A stretch of 64,000 nt of DNA from the NCBI RefSeq assembly GCF_964204645.1, contig NC_134026.1, positions 395,950 to 459,949 on the forward strand. Direction: 5' to 3'. The notes beneath the pieces are model-generated. The model searched no databases. It saw only the letters and a program-made list of their open reading frames with translations, and was not told the DNA's origin. Shown one piece after another: positions 12,800 to 40,957 of this stretch. Every line of letters starts with the position of its first letter. The first letter of the stretch is position 1. This DNA comes from Tubulanus polymorphus (lineage: Eukaryota > Animalia > Nemertea). The translations under genes and the position numbers were made by a program.

Positions 12800-13320
12800 C
12801 CAATTGAATTCAATTCCAAATTTATTGCATCCGTTTACCATAAGGTGCATATTTTACTTTTAGATTAGCACTAAAGTGTAAGTGGCTGTTTGACTTGCAG
12901 ACTCCACATGAAAGCAGCCAGTGCGTACCAACCCATAAAACAATGAATGTATTATTTGATGACGGATCAAATTACATTTCCTCCCCCAGGCAAATAAACT
13001 CCACAATGCAAGTTGAAGGTGCTGTTCTAGTGAGCCAAATTCAAATTCCTCAAGTTGCAAAATAAGTTTATTCCTCGTAATAAAACCATTAGGTGAAAGG
13101 AGAAATAAAGTATGGTGCCTGTTCGCTTGGACTTTCTTTACTGACACCATCCACCAGGACTTGGGGTCATTTAAAACTAGCCAGGGTTCAAAGAAAAGCG
13201 GCTCCAATGATGTAAGTTTAATGGATCCTTAAGTCTGGAGTCCTTGACATGTTGAGTGACAGAAAACAACGGCAGAGTCAATAGAATCATGATCCTAACA
13301 CTGACTGGGTAGTTCAGGCC
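12800..13320 (-). mobile_element. Possible degraded 3' end of a non-LTR retrotransposon
   Basis: Minus-strand ORF with weak L1/Tx1 C-terminal-like pattern (EPLFFE...W...LALWSLF.WGRKCN), followed by AATAAA and a TTG(G)AA-type tail near 12800-12826. Confidence 0.3.
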
Positions 13321-13478
13321 CTTCAGAAAACTATCACACACTGGCCTATAATATATCTAAAATAACTCTGGGACTGAAATTATATGAAAGTATTGTAACA
13401 ATACAAACCATTTATTCTGTACAATGACATGGTTACACTATAATACAGCTTCTGACTTAACACTCTAACACGGATTTG

Positions 13479-14030
13479 GACTAATGTCTATTTATTAATC
13501 GATGAGACCTGTTTTTCTGGGATATTTTGCTTACTTTTTGGGGTACATACCTCATTTATGTCTTAACAGAATGCCAAAAATCGGGGACAACAACTGAATA
13601 TCCGATATATTTCCAGTTCTGTACCAATTAGATGGATTGGCAAAAAGACTCCTTAAGTCCAGTTGAATGAGAGAGAAAATCCTCCATTTTGTCAAATTTC
13701 TTGGATTTGAACATTGTTACCATGCCTACGCCACCCTGATTTAGTTGTTGAGACCCCACAAGAAAAATAACTACATTTCGTAGGCATGGTGACAATGTAA
13801 AAATTCAAGAAATTTCACAAAATGGAGGATTTTCTCTCTCATTCAATTGGACTTAAGGAGTCTTTTTGCCAATCCATCTAATTGATAAAGAACTGGAAAT
13901 ATATCGGATATTCAGTTGTTGTCCGCGATTTTTGGCATTCTGTTAACACATAAATGAGGTATGTACCCCAAAAAGTAAGCCAAATATCCAAGAAAAACAG
14001 GTCTCATCCATTAATAAATAGACATTAGTC
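13479..14030. mobile_element. Foldback element / long inverted repeat
   Basis: Arms 13479-13730 and 13779-14030 (~250 bp each) are reverse complements with scattered mismatches; ~48-nt spacer. Confidence 0.9.
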
Positions 14031-14209
14031 AAATTGGTCACTGGACCCTATGACCAATCCTTACAAAGCTGATAACCAAGAACTCGGTTGAGATTATATA
14101 CAGAATTCTGGTAGGAAAGTTGTTACAGTTCAAATTCATTATTATGAAACCACGTTTTGGCTGTTGACTGACAGACGTTAAATTCGAAGTGTGGGATTTC
14201 TTCATTTAT

Positions 14210-14452
14210 CTACAGTACACACAGATTAAAGTTTTTATCAACAACTATCGCAAGAGCTCTCGTTGAGTCAGGGGGCCTCGGCCCGGTCTCCTGAACAGGA
14301 GTCATCGGCCTCGGCCCGGTCTCCTGAACAGGAGTCATCGGCCTCGGCCCGGTCTCCTGAACAGGAGTCAAGAGACTTGGCTCTTCTTTCACCTCGACTG
14401 GAATTCTTATGTTAATCTTAATACCATTTCCTTGTTTTTCCTTTACAACCAT
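14210..14452 (-). CDS. Orphan 80-aa protein with three 11-aa repeats (TPVQETGPRPM)
   Basis: Acceptor TTCATTTTAG before an exon starting at 14472, ATG 20 nt later; upstream non-coding exons approx. 15280-15102, 14999-14818, 14725-14615 with canonical donors; the 33-bp repeat preserves frame. Confidence 0.45.
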   Translation of the reverse strand: MVVKEKQGNGIKINIRIPVEVKEEPSLLTPVQETGPRPMTPVQETGPRPMTPVQETGPRPPDSTRALAIVVDKNFNLCVL

Positions 14453-15249
14453 ATTTCAAGCACTGAACGACCCTAAAATGAATTTCAACTTGATCGATAG
14501 AATAGCTAGGAAAGCATAGAAGAGCTCAAAGGATGTGCTTTTTAATTTCATTATGGGTTTAGTATGAATAGCACAATACTGCAATTCAGAAATATTGCAC
14601 TATTTATGCCTTACCAGTGGCTGAAGAAATTATTTTTTCCAATTGGAAGTATGTCTATAATTTGAAGCACTTATTTTACCGATCAATCCCAGTTTCTCAT
14701 TGTAGAAGCTAGAATTCACTGAGTCCTGAAAGTATAATAGCAATAGTATCTTAGATTAGAATTCTCTGAAGAATTGAATACTCAGTTAGATTTATTTGTT
14801 GTTGACGTGTGTTGTACCTAACTAATTTGTTAAGTTGCTGTGATAAATCTGTATCGTCCTTAGGCCTTAGGCTTAGTAGTGTTGTAAATGTAAGCGCTTC
14901 TGTCAGAAGACAACAGTTGTTGTTAGTTGAGAATTTCCAGACGCAGCAACAAGCGCTCAAGTGACAAGTTCGATCAAGTTAGTTGATACAGTATTACACC
15001 TGAAATTATTTCTGAATTGTGAAATCAAATTGAAAGTTGTACCAAAACTCCCTTTCATGCATTTCATGCAAGTGGGCTTGGCTTCTTAGAAACTCACTCA
15101 CCTTTGACTTGTTGTTATGAAAAGGCACCGATCTCTGGGGCGATGGGCTTAGGATACAGGTAGGCTACAGTTCATAGATCCTGGTTATTCTGTAAATATC
15201 AGAGTCGATAAAATACTGTCTTGCTACTGGTAAGTTTAAAAAGGTAATT

Positions 15250-15780
15250 GCCGCCACTGGCTCCACACGACACGGCAACATGACAAATAGAAAACACTAA
15301 CAAACTTCTTTTTTTTCAATGTAAAAGTTTGAAACCTTTTGACACTGTATGGATATCGAGAGTTAGGCTATATCCTAATCCGATCCGACGAGTGTGTGAC
15401 AGCAGCTGATACTATCTATCTTATCAATTTGTAAAACGTCTTAGTAACTAAAGACGTTATTGATGCTAAGCTAAAAAAAATTCGTATCTACGAAATGAAA
15501 AAATAAATATTCAAACGTGGAATTTATCAGCATCTTTTGTAGGTATATACATAGAAACTACAAAAATATGATATATGTTTTTTCATCAGCATGGTTCTAT
15601 TTCTACCAGTTCGACATGGCGCTGAGTCCACACGCGCCATTTCAGGCGATTAGTCCACTCACGTCAAACTATATTTGTCCAAGTTCTCGAGAATTTGAAG
15701 AGGACTCCCCTAAGAAATAACTTCTCTTCGCAAAACTGCCATTCGCATCAAATCTCGGATTATCTTTGATTTCTTGTAAG
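15250..15780. promoter_or_regulatory. Likely divergent promoter region (orphan gene minus / PTK2 plus)
   Basis: YY1-like ACATGGCG and CGCCATTT motifs at ~15614-15642; plus-strand donor GTAAGT at 15776; minus-strand donor at 15101. Confidence 0.35.
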
Positions 15781-17039
15781 TTACAATTTTATTTTTTCAC
15801 TCTATTTTTGTCAATAATTTAATGAGTTATTTGCTGGTTAAATGAACGGAGAAGGCTAATTACCGCTGTCATAGTGTCAAGTTCAATTCAATTTAGTAGT
15901 TATTACTGACACTGTGTAATTAGAGAGAAATAGTACTGAACTGTACTACTGTATTTTTGTGATATTACAGAAAATAAGATTCCCCTGCAGTGACAGCCCT
16001 TAATTGTTTGATATCGGAAACTGATACAAAATAACCTTTCTGAGCGAGTACAAAATAAAGGAATGGTGGCCTTTTGGCTTTTTTTAGAAATAGAATTCTG
16101 TTTTGATTTGAGTTTCTAAAAAATTCTGTCTTTCATCAAAAGTGACAACAGTATCTTTTACCCTGCCCGTAGCCGTGGGGCCTGGAGTTACTAAAGTTGT
16201 TATTAACAGATCAGTAATTTTAGAGGTGCCTAGTCGATTGACAATTGTGACAATAGTTTGACCTAGTGAAAAATGGGTAGGCCTACAGTAACTGTGCATA
16301 AAAATATATGCACTATCAGTAATTGCTTGCAGCAGTGTCACATCTGACATGCAGCATTATGAGTATTGTAAAAAATAGACTTTAATTATAAGAAGAGAGG
16401 GGTCATGTAGTTTATTAATGGTGTGATAGACGTGAAATCCTCATTCTTCCTCTGTATTTCACAGTTGTGAAGGCTCCCTGCTCTCTTATACACTGATTAT
16501 ATTGTTGAGTTATGATATGTTATTTTAGCCCTGACATAATGAACGTTTCCCTTCGATATTTAAAAAGAATCAATTCCCACAATCAGACCTAACGTAAATA
16601 AGATTTTTTTGTAGTAATATTGATAAATAGAAAGCAATGATTTAGCTGTATGTATGGGATATTTGTGTCAGATTGTCAGAATAGTGTTTGTTCAAACCAC
16701 TTAAAACTATGACGTTCTACCACAGAAACAATTTAAACAATTCGATGATCGTTGATATTTGAGTTTGAAAAAAAATCCCATACTTTGGTATAAGCCTATT
16801 TGTTTTAAATTTGATACTCAACCAGGCACTTTCTGGAGAATATGACTTACTAGAGACTTACTAGATTGATCACCTGAAATATGGTCTGGTCTATTGGTCC
16901 ATTAAAATGTGGAACAGACCGATTTATAAGGGACTTATCACTTGTGTTGAGGTTTGGTCCATTGTAAGTAAGAATGGACTGAGTTTAGAAACACAGCTAC
17001 GGAGTGAAGTGGCTTCAACTTGTCTGTGTAATAATACAC

Positions 17040-17182
17040 CTGGGCTCGGTTTCATAGATGTGGAAGAAAAATTGTCTCTGGGAACATTTTGAAATTTGTC
17101 AGTTATTACCATAGTTTCTCATTGTAACCATGATTTACCCCAAGGGATAACTTTGATACTCAGTCTATGAAACCAGGCCCTG
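17040..17182. mobile_element. MITE (family A)
   Basis: TIR GGGCTCGGTTTCATAGA ... TCTATGAAACCAGGCCC; homologous copies at 28500-28664 and 58222-58380. Confidence 0.75.
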
Positions 17183-17880
17183 ATGTCTCAGAATGTTTGG
17201 ATTTTGTTAAAAGTGCTAATGATTTAAATGCCAAACGCTTGAGATAGAAATTAGAAGTACGTGTGATACTCAGACGGCTCATGGAATTCTGATCAGGAGA
17301 ATTTTGATGATGATATTCTATGTTTTTGTAGTTGTCATGATATCATTTATATTTATGAGTTGTACATCTTCATGTATGTGTGTAAACTTTGTGTTTCTTC
17401 CTCGGTTCGCTGTAAGTTTAAACAGTTTATTCCGCTAATGATAAGCGCTATAATACCTGCGTGCAGTGCAGTGTTTGTGCCTCCGCGTTAATTCTACATT
17501 CAGCAGCAATTAGTTCAACAAATTCAGAGACTCTTCACAAATCTCTTGAAACTTCGATAGAAAAGAAGTGAAAAAAACAACGCTCAGATTTGTCACTGAA
17601 TTATGGAAGAGAATGTGAAGATTTGACAGGAAATGATGGAGAAGTATTGATAGAGTGTTTATTACCTGTAGCACACACTGGTAGAGTTCAGGGTTGTAGC
17701 TCTATAGTGGTGTAGGTCTACCCTTACTGTCGGTATGCATACAGCTACTGCGCGATTATATACTAAAAACTACCTCTTTTTATTGTGGATTTAACAACAG
17801 AAATTCGTCGTAGTTTGAAGAGATTTTTGATAGTGATTTAACGCGATGTAGTCGCGATGTAGTCGCTGCTTGTTTTCAAT

Positions 17881-32514
<14,634 letters not shown>

Positions 32515-34337
32515 CGACAGACAGAGATTGAAATGAAGTGATCAGCCAGATATGCATTATTAACACTGAAAATAATGATTATGTTTTATACAGACAGACA
32601 ATAATAGGGATCATCCATTTACTGCATACTCCTTCTCTAGCCCCCTATATGCATTTTTGAGCATTAGTAGATTTTATTTATTCCCCTCCCCTGCCGTATA
32701 TGTAATAGATGGATCATCCCTGATAATTCCATAGATATTCAAAAAAGGCCATATTTTCAGTAGAATTCTATATATGTTTGCTTAGTTCATTGCCATAGTT
32801 GTAGCATATACTGCGTAGAGGAGGCATGGATGAAAGTCTTCCTGTTTTCAGTCCCTGAATTTATACAAGATCAAAATGAATTTATATTTTAGTACAAGGT
32901 AAATAATACGCATGACTTGTTGCGCACTTAGAGCTTAATTTTTGCTATCTAGAAGCTTTTTGAAGATCCGTCTTGTCGAGTGGAATCCTGAAATTAAAGC
33001 AATAGTTGTTGTACAAGAAATGAATGATGATTATTGAAAAGATTTATTCATCAGTTAAAATTACAAAGTAAAATGTATTTGAATGTTGAAGTATTAATGT
33101 TACTAGATGGCGCTATAAGCACAATTGAATGTCACCCCTGGAATATAATATTAAACTGTACGCAATTTGTATAAATTATATACTTTCATTCGATATGAAA
33201 TTGAAATTGTAAAATAAAGAAGTATAACGTGTTTTTGTTGTTGAGGGTTCTGATTTATTGCTCATGGAGGATTATTAGCCGAAGTCCATTTTGCAATCGC
33301 ATATGAAACTTCCTTCCTTTGGTTGAAAATAACTTCAGATAAGAATGAAGCTTAGTTTCTCTTTGAAACATGTGTAGCCTGGTTTAAGTTTTCCAGGAAA
33401 CTGCAACTGATTCAATTGCCAGGGATCGTAAATAATTCACGGGCTGCCCGGTGAAAAGCGAGCTGTAAAATAGACATTAACAAAACAGATCTGTTAATTA
33501 CGTCAAAAAGTGAAACATGGTCTCGGCAATGTTTTGGTCCGACCAAGGCCGACCCAGTTCCCCCGGCCATGTTTTTTTGTCATTGTTCGGAAGGTCTACC
33601 ACATTTCGGGTTTGCATGCAGACTTTTCGGATTTGTCTGCCCAGGTCTTGTTAGCGTTTTGAATACTAATTGGTGGTTTCCTTAGGAGATTATCGATGGA
33701 GTTTCTTTTTTGTATCCTAATATTCATCCACTTTTTTTTAAACAAAAAATATCCAGATCTTCACGAGTCAGATTCTATTCGTGACTACCGTCCATCCGGG
33801 TTGTGTATCGTTTTTGGAGCACGCGGATCCTCCGAAATTCTGCCGTTTCTTGTCTAATCTAATCATGAGGATCTAACCACAATCAGTTCACACTCTACAC
33901 AAAAATCCTCACATTGCGGATTGCAAGTACTCGGACTCATTTGGTCACCTGTATTCCAAACCCCATTTACCAACTGCATTTATCCCATTCCAAAGTTTGA
34001 ATACTGCCGCTGCGAAATGGACACATAGACTTCGATATCCTTGGAGCCATCCATCCCAATTCAATGCAATAAATTTATTGCTCCTAAGTTACAGGCAAAA
34101 CAAATTAATGGGTTTCACAAATCTCTTCTTCATCAGGCTTAAATGAACTCATGCACCCCTCCCATGTCACCCTCTCTATTAGGTCAGATCAGGTTCACTA
34201 TTAACCCAGCAAAAGGTGACTATAACCTAAACTGTTGAATCTGGGGTCTCTAATCCGCTCTATACCATTCTATTTACTAGCCTTCCCCTGGAAGAGGAGG
34301 AGTCTCACAGCTCATATTTTATGTTATAAGCTGCACA

Positions 34338-37300
34338 ATGAGGCGCTCCAGTGCACCAAGTCAACTAGCTTCAAAAAACAAACGAACATTTATGCCACCT
34401 CTATTAATGTCGACAGTGGCCGGACCTGGTTCAGGACTGAGTAAACCAAACCTCAAACAACAACAACAGGCTGAAAAACATAAACTTGATGAGACCCAAG
34501 AGATGAGACCCGGAGCCAATCAGACTGGCGATCATGATTTGCAGATTTCCACGCCTGATGTTAAGAAAATAAAATTGGGTCCTTCATCAAATACAGAAAA
34601 CACTGCTGCAGGATTTCATCATCAGCAGAAACCAAAACCTGCAAGATCTTCATTTATATCACCATTGATGAAACCGCAGCTTGAGATGAAGACTCAACTT
34701 AAACCTGCTTCAGCTCAAAGTGAACCAGGTATGTGAATCAAACACTGGTATGTGAATCACACTGATACGTGAATCACACTGATATGTGAACACTCATACA
34801 CTCAGTGTAACTCAACCAGGACTACCAGAACTAGATCTAGTTCTGGTATAATCAACTGAAAATGTACATGAAAACCTGGTTCATGAATCATATTTTGCTT
34901 CACGAATCGGAATCCACTCAGTTATTGTATTATTTTTAGATCCGCAGCCGAAAGTTCAAAGTATTGAAAATACAGAATTACCTTCTAAATATTACAGTGT
35001 TATGTGGTGCAAGTTATCTCGAAAAAAGGTACCGAAATAGAAAACGTTCTAGCGCTGTATCAAACTATTTCACTTGAAATTAGAATTTCCAGAACTTTAT
35101 TAATATTCTTGGGTTTTTTCAGCATAAAAAATGGGAAGGTGATGGTAAGTAAGTCAAGTCGAACAAATTCAAGTCCCAAAAACTCTAAAACAGATTAACT
35201 GAATTTGTGAATTCGAGTATAAAGGATTTGATTAATGACTGCAATTAACTGATATCTATCTCAGTGTTAAGTTAAATAAAAACCCACAGTTAGGTCTGTA
35301 AAACAGTTTATTTTCCTGACAGTTTCAAAGCTATAACTATAAAGCCCAATCATCAGAGGAACAAAAACACAATAATGATTTGATGTATTTCAGCTGTGCT
35401 TATTGCTCGAGGACGATCTGTCATCTTACAAGATCTTGAAGGAAAAGAGTATGTTGCTTTTAATTGTTAAATCAATCTGTTCTGATCGACAATTTCATCT
35501 GAATTCACTCATAAAACAAATCATTTTAGGATTGGAAAAAGTTCAGGCTTCAAACCGACTGAATTGTCAACTTTGAAGGGAGGAGAAACATTAGTGATTG
35601 GAGGCAAAGAGATTGAGGTGTGTAGAAATTAAACTTAGCTTGAGTTGAGTTGAATTGGAGACTTCATTAATTGAAATTTAACTCGACTCTTGATGAGATG
35701 CACTATGATTCCTTTTTCAGGTTATGGGGGATATTTCTGCTGACGCTTTTCATTCTGGAAAATGTTTTCAAAGTTCGTGTTCGACAAAAAACATCCAACC
35801 GTCTGTTGTTAAACAACAAGGTACAGTTATTATCCACATTCAGCAATAATTCTCAACACGAAATATAATTGTTTTCTCACGAATTCTCTTGTTTTTATAG
35901 CAGTTTCTAAACCATTCATGAAACCGAATAAAGTCGGTCAGGAATTACAACCAACTGAGGTTTGTTAATACGTGTCCAAATATCCATTCTAATTTCTCAC
36001 TTTTCTCATTCTTATGATTTGTTATTGATTTATTCAGAATGTAAAGTCAACTGTTTGTAAACATAGACATGATCCTACAGCTCCCGGAGCGCTAGTCATG
36101 CCGCGACCAAATAAGACTCATCAGGTTTGATAATTTAAAGTTATTAACTGAAATCATACTGTGAACTGGGTCCAATTTACATAAATTTTGAATTATTGTT
36201 GGAGATATTGAAAATATGAATTGACCAATAACAGAAATGTGATATTGAGTCTGGAGCAGTGAACTAGCTCCTGGCGCAATGGGAGCTCTTATAAATTTCA
36301 TAGATACTATTTTCTTTTAGCGAGAGAATGATAAGTTAAATCAGTCGATTATTGATGTAGTGGTCGACCCATATTTGTGCGCTCATCTGAGACCACATCA
36401 GCGCGAAGGAGTCATGTTTCTATATGAATGTATGATGGGTATGAGAGATTTCCCTGGAAAAGGAGCAATTCTCGCGTAAGTTTTACAATCATACGTACAG
36501 GGGTTATTCATCAATAGGAAAAGTAGAGAAAAGTGACCCCCATGAAGCTGGCTCCTGGTTCCTGGTTCCCGGTTCGGCACCCAATTTAGTGCCCGATTTA
36601 GACCCCCTTCTCCAATGGATTCTTAAGGCAAACTTGGAGGGTATTTTCACAGGTCCAGACTCTGCCTTTCCACTGACTTGCCCATTAGAAATTGTTAAAA
36701 TCAGCAAACCTTAGAACATTTGACACTTGTCCTTCCAGAAATTACAAAATCTCTAACACTGAGCTCCACCTACAGCTTATGGTGTGTGTTTTATGCAGAA
36801 ATGCCATCCCTTTTCATTTGAGCCCCTGCCCCCAAATTGTTCTAGATCCGCGTGTGATTTATAATCATTGTTCTTCTCATTCACCAGTAGTGAATGATGT
36901 TTTGTATGTTTCAGTGATGATATGGGTTTAGGAAAGACTCTACAATGCATAACACTTACTTGGTACAGTTTAACTATTCATTCTGACGATATTTCTATCA
37001 AGAATAAACAACATACGATATTTGATTTTGATTTTAATTTCAGGACATTATTAAAACAAGGTCCATACGGAGGCCGACCTACAATCAAACGTGTCTTAGT
37101 CATCGCTCCTGGGAGTTTAGTTAAAGTAAAGTTAAACATTGATGATTCAATTTTGCTTTGTGGCAAAAGACAATATCGACTTGTGCGCTAACCAGAAATT
37201 TAAAATTTTTCAGAACTGGAGGCGTGAATTCAGAAAGTGGCTCGGAACTGAAAGAATATCAGTTTTTGCCGTCGCTCAGGATAACAGAGTGGAGGTGTAT

Positions 37301-40300
37301 AATCAGGCAGAGAGGGGCTGAATAGAACCAGGACCCAGTTCCACAGTTGTGAGTGAAGATTTGACTCAGAGTTAACTCATTGAAAATGAACTAATTTTAA
37401 CTCAGAGTTAACTCTAACTCATGACTGTCGAACTGGGTCCAGTTCCACAGTTCGGGGGTTTAATTGAACTCGAGGATGAATTTATTTGAAATGAACAAAT
37501 TTTAACTAAAATGTTAAATCTACTGTGAATTAATGGAACTGTGGAACTGGTTCTTGATTTATATAAACAGGAATTTCGAGAAATCAAGAATATTTTTGAA
37601 TTGATTTGTAGGAATACATGAAGACAGCGATCTACCCGGTGCTTGTCATATCGTATGAAATGTTTGTCAGATCGTATGAAATTATAAAGAATGTGAGATT
37701 TGATTTAGTCGTCTGCGATGAAGGACATCGTCTAAAAAACTCTTCTATTAAAACTACTTCAGTGAGTATATTTTACCCTTAGATCCATCAGTCTAGTGTT
37801 CTAAACACATGTGAGACCTGGATGTTCAAAAATCGGAAAATATAGTAATTAGAGCTTACAGCGGATTGATTCCTGCGTCAACATTTCCCACTTTTTCTTA
37901 AATTCAGTTAATCTCAAGTTTGGCGACGAGTCGTCGTGTCGTTCTGACTGGAACTCCGGTACAAAATGATCTTCAGGAATTCTATTCGATTGTTGAGTTC
38001 TGTAATCCTGGATTACTGGGTAGCAGTTCGGCGTTCCATCGACTATACGAAGCGCCGGTAGTCGCAGCTCGCCAGCCCGGAGCAACGCCGGAGGAGGTTA
38101 TACTCGGAGAGAATCGTGCTAGTGAATTAGCGCGATTAACTTCACTGTTCGTTCTGAGGAGGAATTCAGACATTAATAATCAGTATTTACCTCCAAAAGG
38201 TTTGTCAATCAGATTAATGTCATTTAATCAGAAATCAGATTTCTCGTATAAATTTTGCTGTTGTTGAAAATAAACTTATACACTGGAACCTCGTTTCAAC
38301 GTGCTTCATGAGACTGGAAAATCTGTTTGTTGCAGCTGATAGTTCGTTGTATACAGTGTGAAATTAATTGATTTGTCTCCTGAGAAAATCTGAGTTCATT
38401 AAATATAAAAAAATGTTTTATCCAAGGTTCATATTTTCCTTGTTTCAGTTGAATCTGTGATATTCTGTAAACCTAGTCCGGTTCAGCTGTATTTGTATAA
38501 ACAGCTGATAGTCTCGAGGTTATTTCGATCTTGTGTGTCGATGTCCACAGATCCCGGAGCTCATCTCGTCTGTATCTCATCGCTGAAAAAACTCTGTAAT
38601 CATCCGAAACTAATCTATGATAAAACTGATAGTTCTGAAGACAGTCAGGTTCGTGAATAGAGCTGTCAATTTGTACGCAGTCAAAAGGGTTCTTATAGAT
38701 CAGGGAAAATCAGAAAATTCCAGATTTATTTAAGCCTTTGCAGGGAAAATCGGGGAATTCTAACTTTAGTCTTGATAGTCTTTGGTGTCCTGTTGTTCTT
38801 ACTGGTAACAAGTGGTACAAGGAACCATTTGATAAGAATCATTCCCCTGTGAGGATATCTTATAATCTAATCAGGGAATATTTTTTAAGGGTCAGGGAAA
38901 TATCAGGGAATTGATCATTCATTGATCTCAGGATCTGTAATAACCATGGAGAATTTTAAGGATATTCTATTGCGATGTTTTCAGGTAATGGATGGGTTGA
39001 CGTTTCCGGATGAATTTGATGCAGATGTTTTAGGTCTGGAATACAGTGGTAAACTTGCTGCATTAGATCAGCTATTGACATCTCTACAGGAAACCAGTCC
39101 GAATGAGAGTATTGTATTGGTATCTAACTATACACAGGTACCTACAGAGAAACCTAGAATTGTTTTATGAGCTGAACATTATTCTTGAAACTGATTCTGT
39201 TATGCGATGATTTTATTTCTAGACGTTAGATGTTTTACAGCAGTTATGTAAAGAAAGAAATCACTCGTTCCTTCGTTTAGATGGACAAACTCCTACGGCT
39301 AAACGTCAACAATTAGTGGAACATTTCAATAGCTCTTATTCTGATACATGTGAGTATTTACGTTGTTTAGGGAATCTGTAGGAATGTATACATTTGGTGG
39401 CCTTTCTTCTAAGTCTATATGTATTTTCAGTTGTATTTCTGCTCAGTTCTAAAGCTGGTGGAGTTGGTTTGAATTTAATCGGAGCCTCGAGACTCGTGTT
39501 GTTTGATATAGACTGGAATCCTGCTAATGATTTACAGGTGATTGTCTACTGAAATCTGTGCTCTGAGAATCTGTTGAAAATCGATATTTTGAAATTTCGG
39601 AAAATGAGTTGAATATTTTTGTAGGCGATGGCTCGTGTTTGGAGAGATGGTCAAAAGAAAACAGTTCATATTTACAGATTCCTTACTACAGTAAGAAGAT
39701 TGTTTAAACAAGTTTTCCATTTCACTCTCAAATTCCAGTTGAACTAAGAATTTCAGATAGATATTCAGTATTTTTTTTGTTTGTAGGGAACAATAGAAGA
39801 AAGTATTTATCAGCGTCAGATTAGTAAACAGGGTTTGAGTGGAGCAGTTGTTGATTGTCGTATATCGTCTGCCAATGTACAGTTCTCTAAAGAGGATCTG
39901 AAGGTTTGTACTGTGCATTGACTATACAGCCATTTCTATATTACAGTACATAGGTCCTACTAGCTGTAAAACCACCTGATCAGTTTGATGAATTTATCAC
40001 ATTTTGTGTTTCAGGATCTATTCACATTAAGAGAATCAACTAGTTGTTATACCCATGAGTTATTAGCATGTACCTGTGATAAAACTAAACCTACATCGTC
40101 AGATGATGACAGCGGATTGTCTAGAGCCTGTCAACAGAGTTCTATACATAGTAAATCTAAGGTATGAGACTTTGAGCCTACTGATGGTAAAAATAATAAC
40201 ATATCACATTCAACTTATATTGTGATTTATTTTAGAATATAGCTATGGATGAGTTAATGTCTTGGCATCACGTGGAGGTTCCCGAAAATATCTTGCATTT

Positions 40301-40485
40301 TCAGGTAAACCAAACATCTAGTCTGTTCAGGATTAAGGTTTAATCATATAGTTACAGCAATCGATATTGTTCTTTATTTTCAGGATGAACATTTAGTAAA
40401 AGCTAAAGATTCGATTAGTTATATATTTTGGCACGAATGCAACAAACAACAGAAATCAGAGACTTCAGAAACCGGCAGCAAATAG
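34338..40485 (+). CDS. RAD54B: DNA repair and recombination protein RAD54B (SNF2-family ATPase), multi-exon
   Basis: N-terminus [10 protein letters not shown] (RAD54B-typical); [20 protein letters not shown]; LRPHQREGV; [13 protein letters not shown]; CDEGHRLKN; [12 protein letters not shown]; LKKLCNHP; RLDGQTP; [18 protein letters not shown]; [11 protein letters not shown]; [11 protein letters not shown]; stop TAG at 40483-40485. Confidence 0.95.
37329..37557. mobile_element. Two adjoining short palindromic MITEs (family D)
   Basis: CAGGACCCAGTTCCACAGTT ... ACTGT(C/G)GAACTGG(G/T)TC, twice in tandem; related fragments near 22340-22386 and 47052. Confidence 0.6.
38685..38948. mobile_element. 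Non-autonomous DNA-transposon-like repeat (CAGGG family)
   Basis: Ends GGGTTCTTATAGATC / GATCTGTAATAACC; homologous to 1670-1925. Confidence 0.55.
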
Positions 40486-40529
40486 ATGTAAATCCTCCAA
40501 AATTCATGTAAATAAAATTTGTTTCATTT

Positions 40530-40753
40530 TCAATGAACGATCTCGACTTTGTGGCCAGGGTTATCTAGCTTTGTGCCTCTGCAGCCGAGTGGGATGTATT
40601 CACTATCAGCGCTTGAATGACTAGTGGGTTCGAGTCCTGCTGGCTGTTTACAGTGCGAGGGCAATAGCTCAAAGGCTGTTGTGAGGCTGAAAAATCCAAT
40701 AGGGTTCAGTCTGAGGAGACCAAGATCCAAAGGACATAAAGGGAAATAAACAA
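40530..40753 (+). mobile_element. tRNA-derived SINE between the convergent RAD54B and UFD1 3' ends
   Basis: A-box-like TGCAGCCGAGTGG, B-box GGGTTCGAGTCC, body shared with 31268-31432, A-rich tail. Confidence 0.65.
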
Positions 40754-40957
40754 AATATCCAAGGAGCATCGCAGCAATTGAAGAAGTTCCTCGGATGAAA
40801 AACACAAAATATTTATCAATCACTCCATTAATTTATTAGCTCTAAATTATTATGTACATTGTTAAGGGATTCAACATTAGTTCAACAAAGCAGAAATGAC
40901 TGGCTTTTTAAATGTGTTCTTTTTGAGTATGAATAATCAAACGACGACGAGTTTGTT

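Noticed and set aside
34338-36500. FSBP nested in RAD54B as in vertebrates
   Set aside because: The introns are short and contain no suitable ORF.
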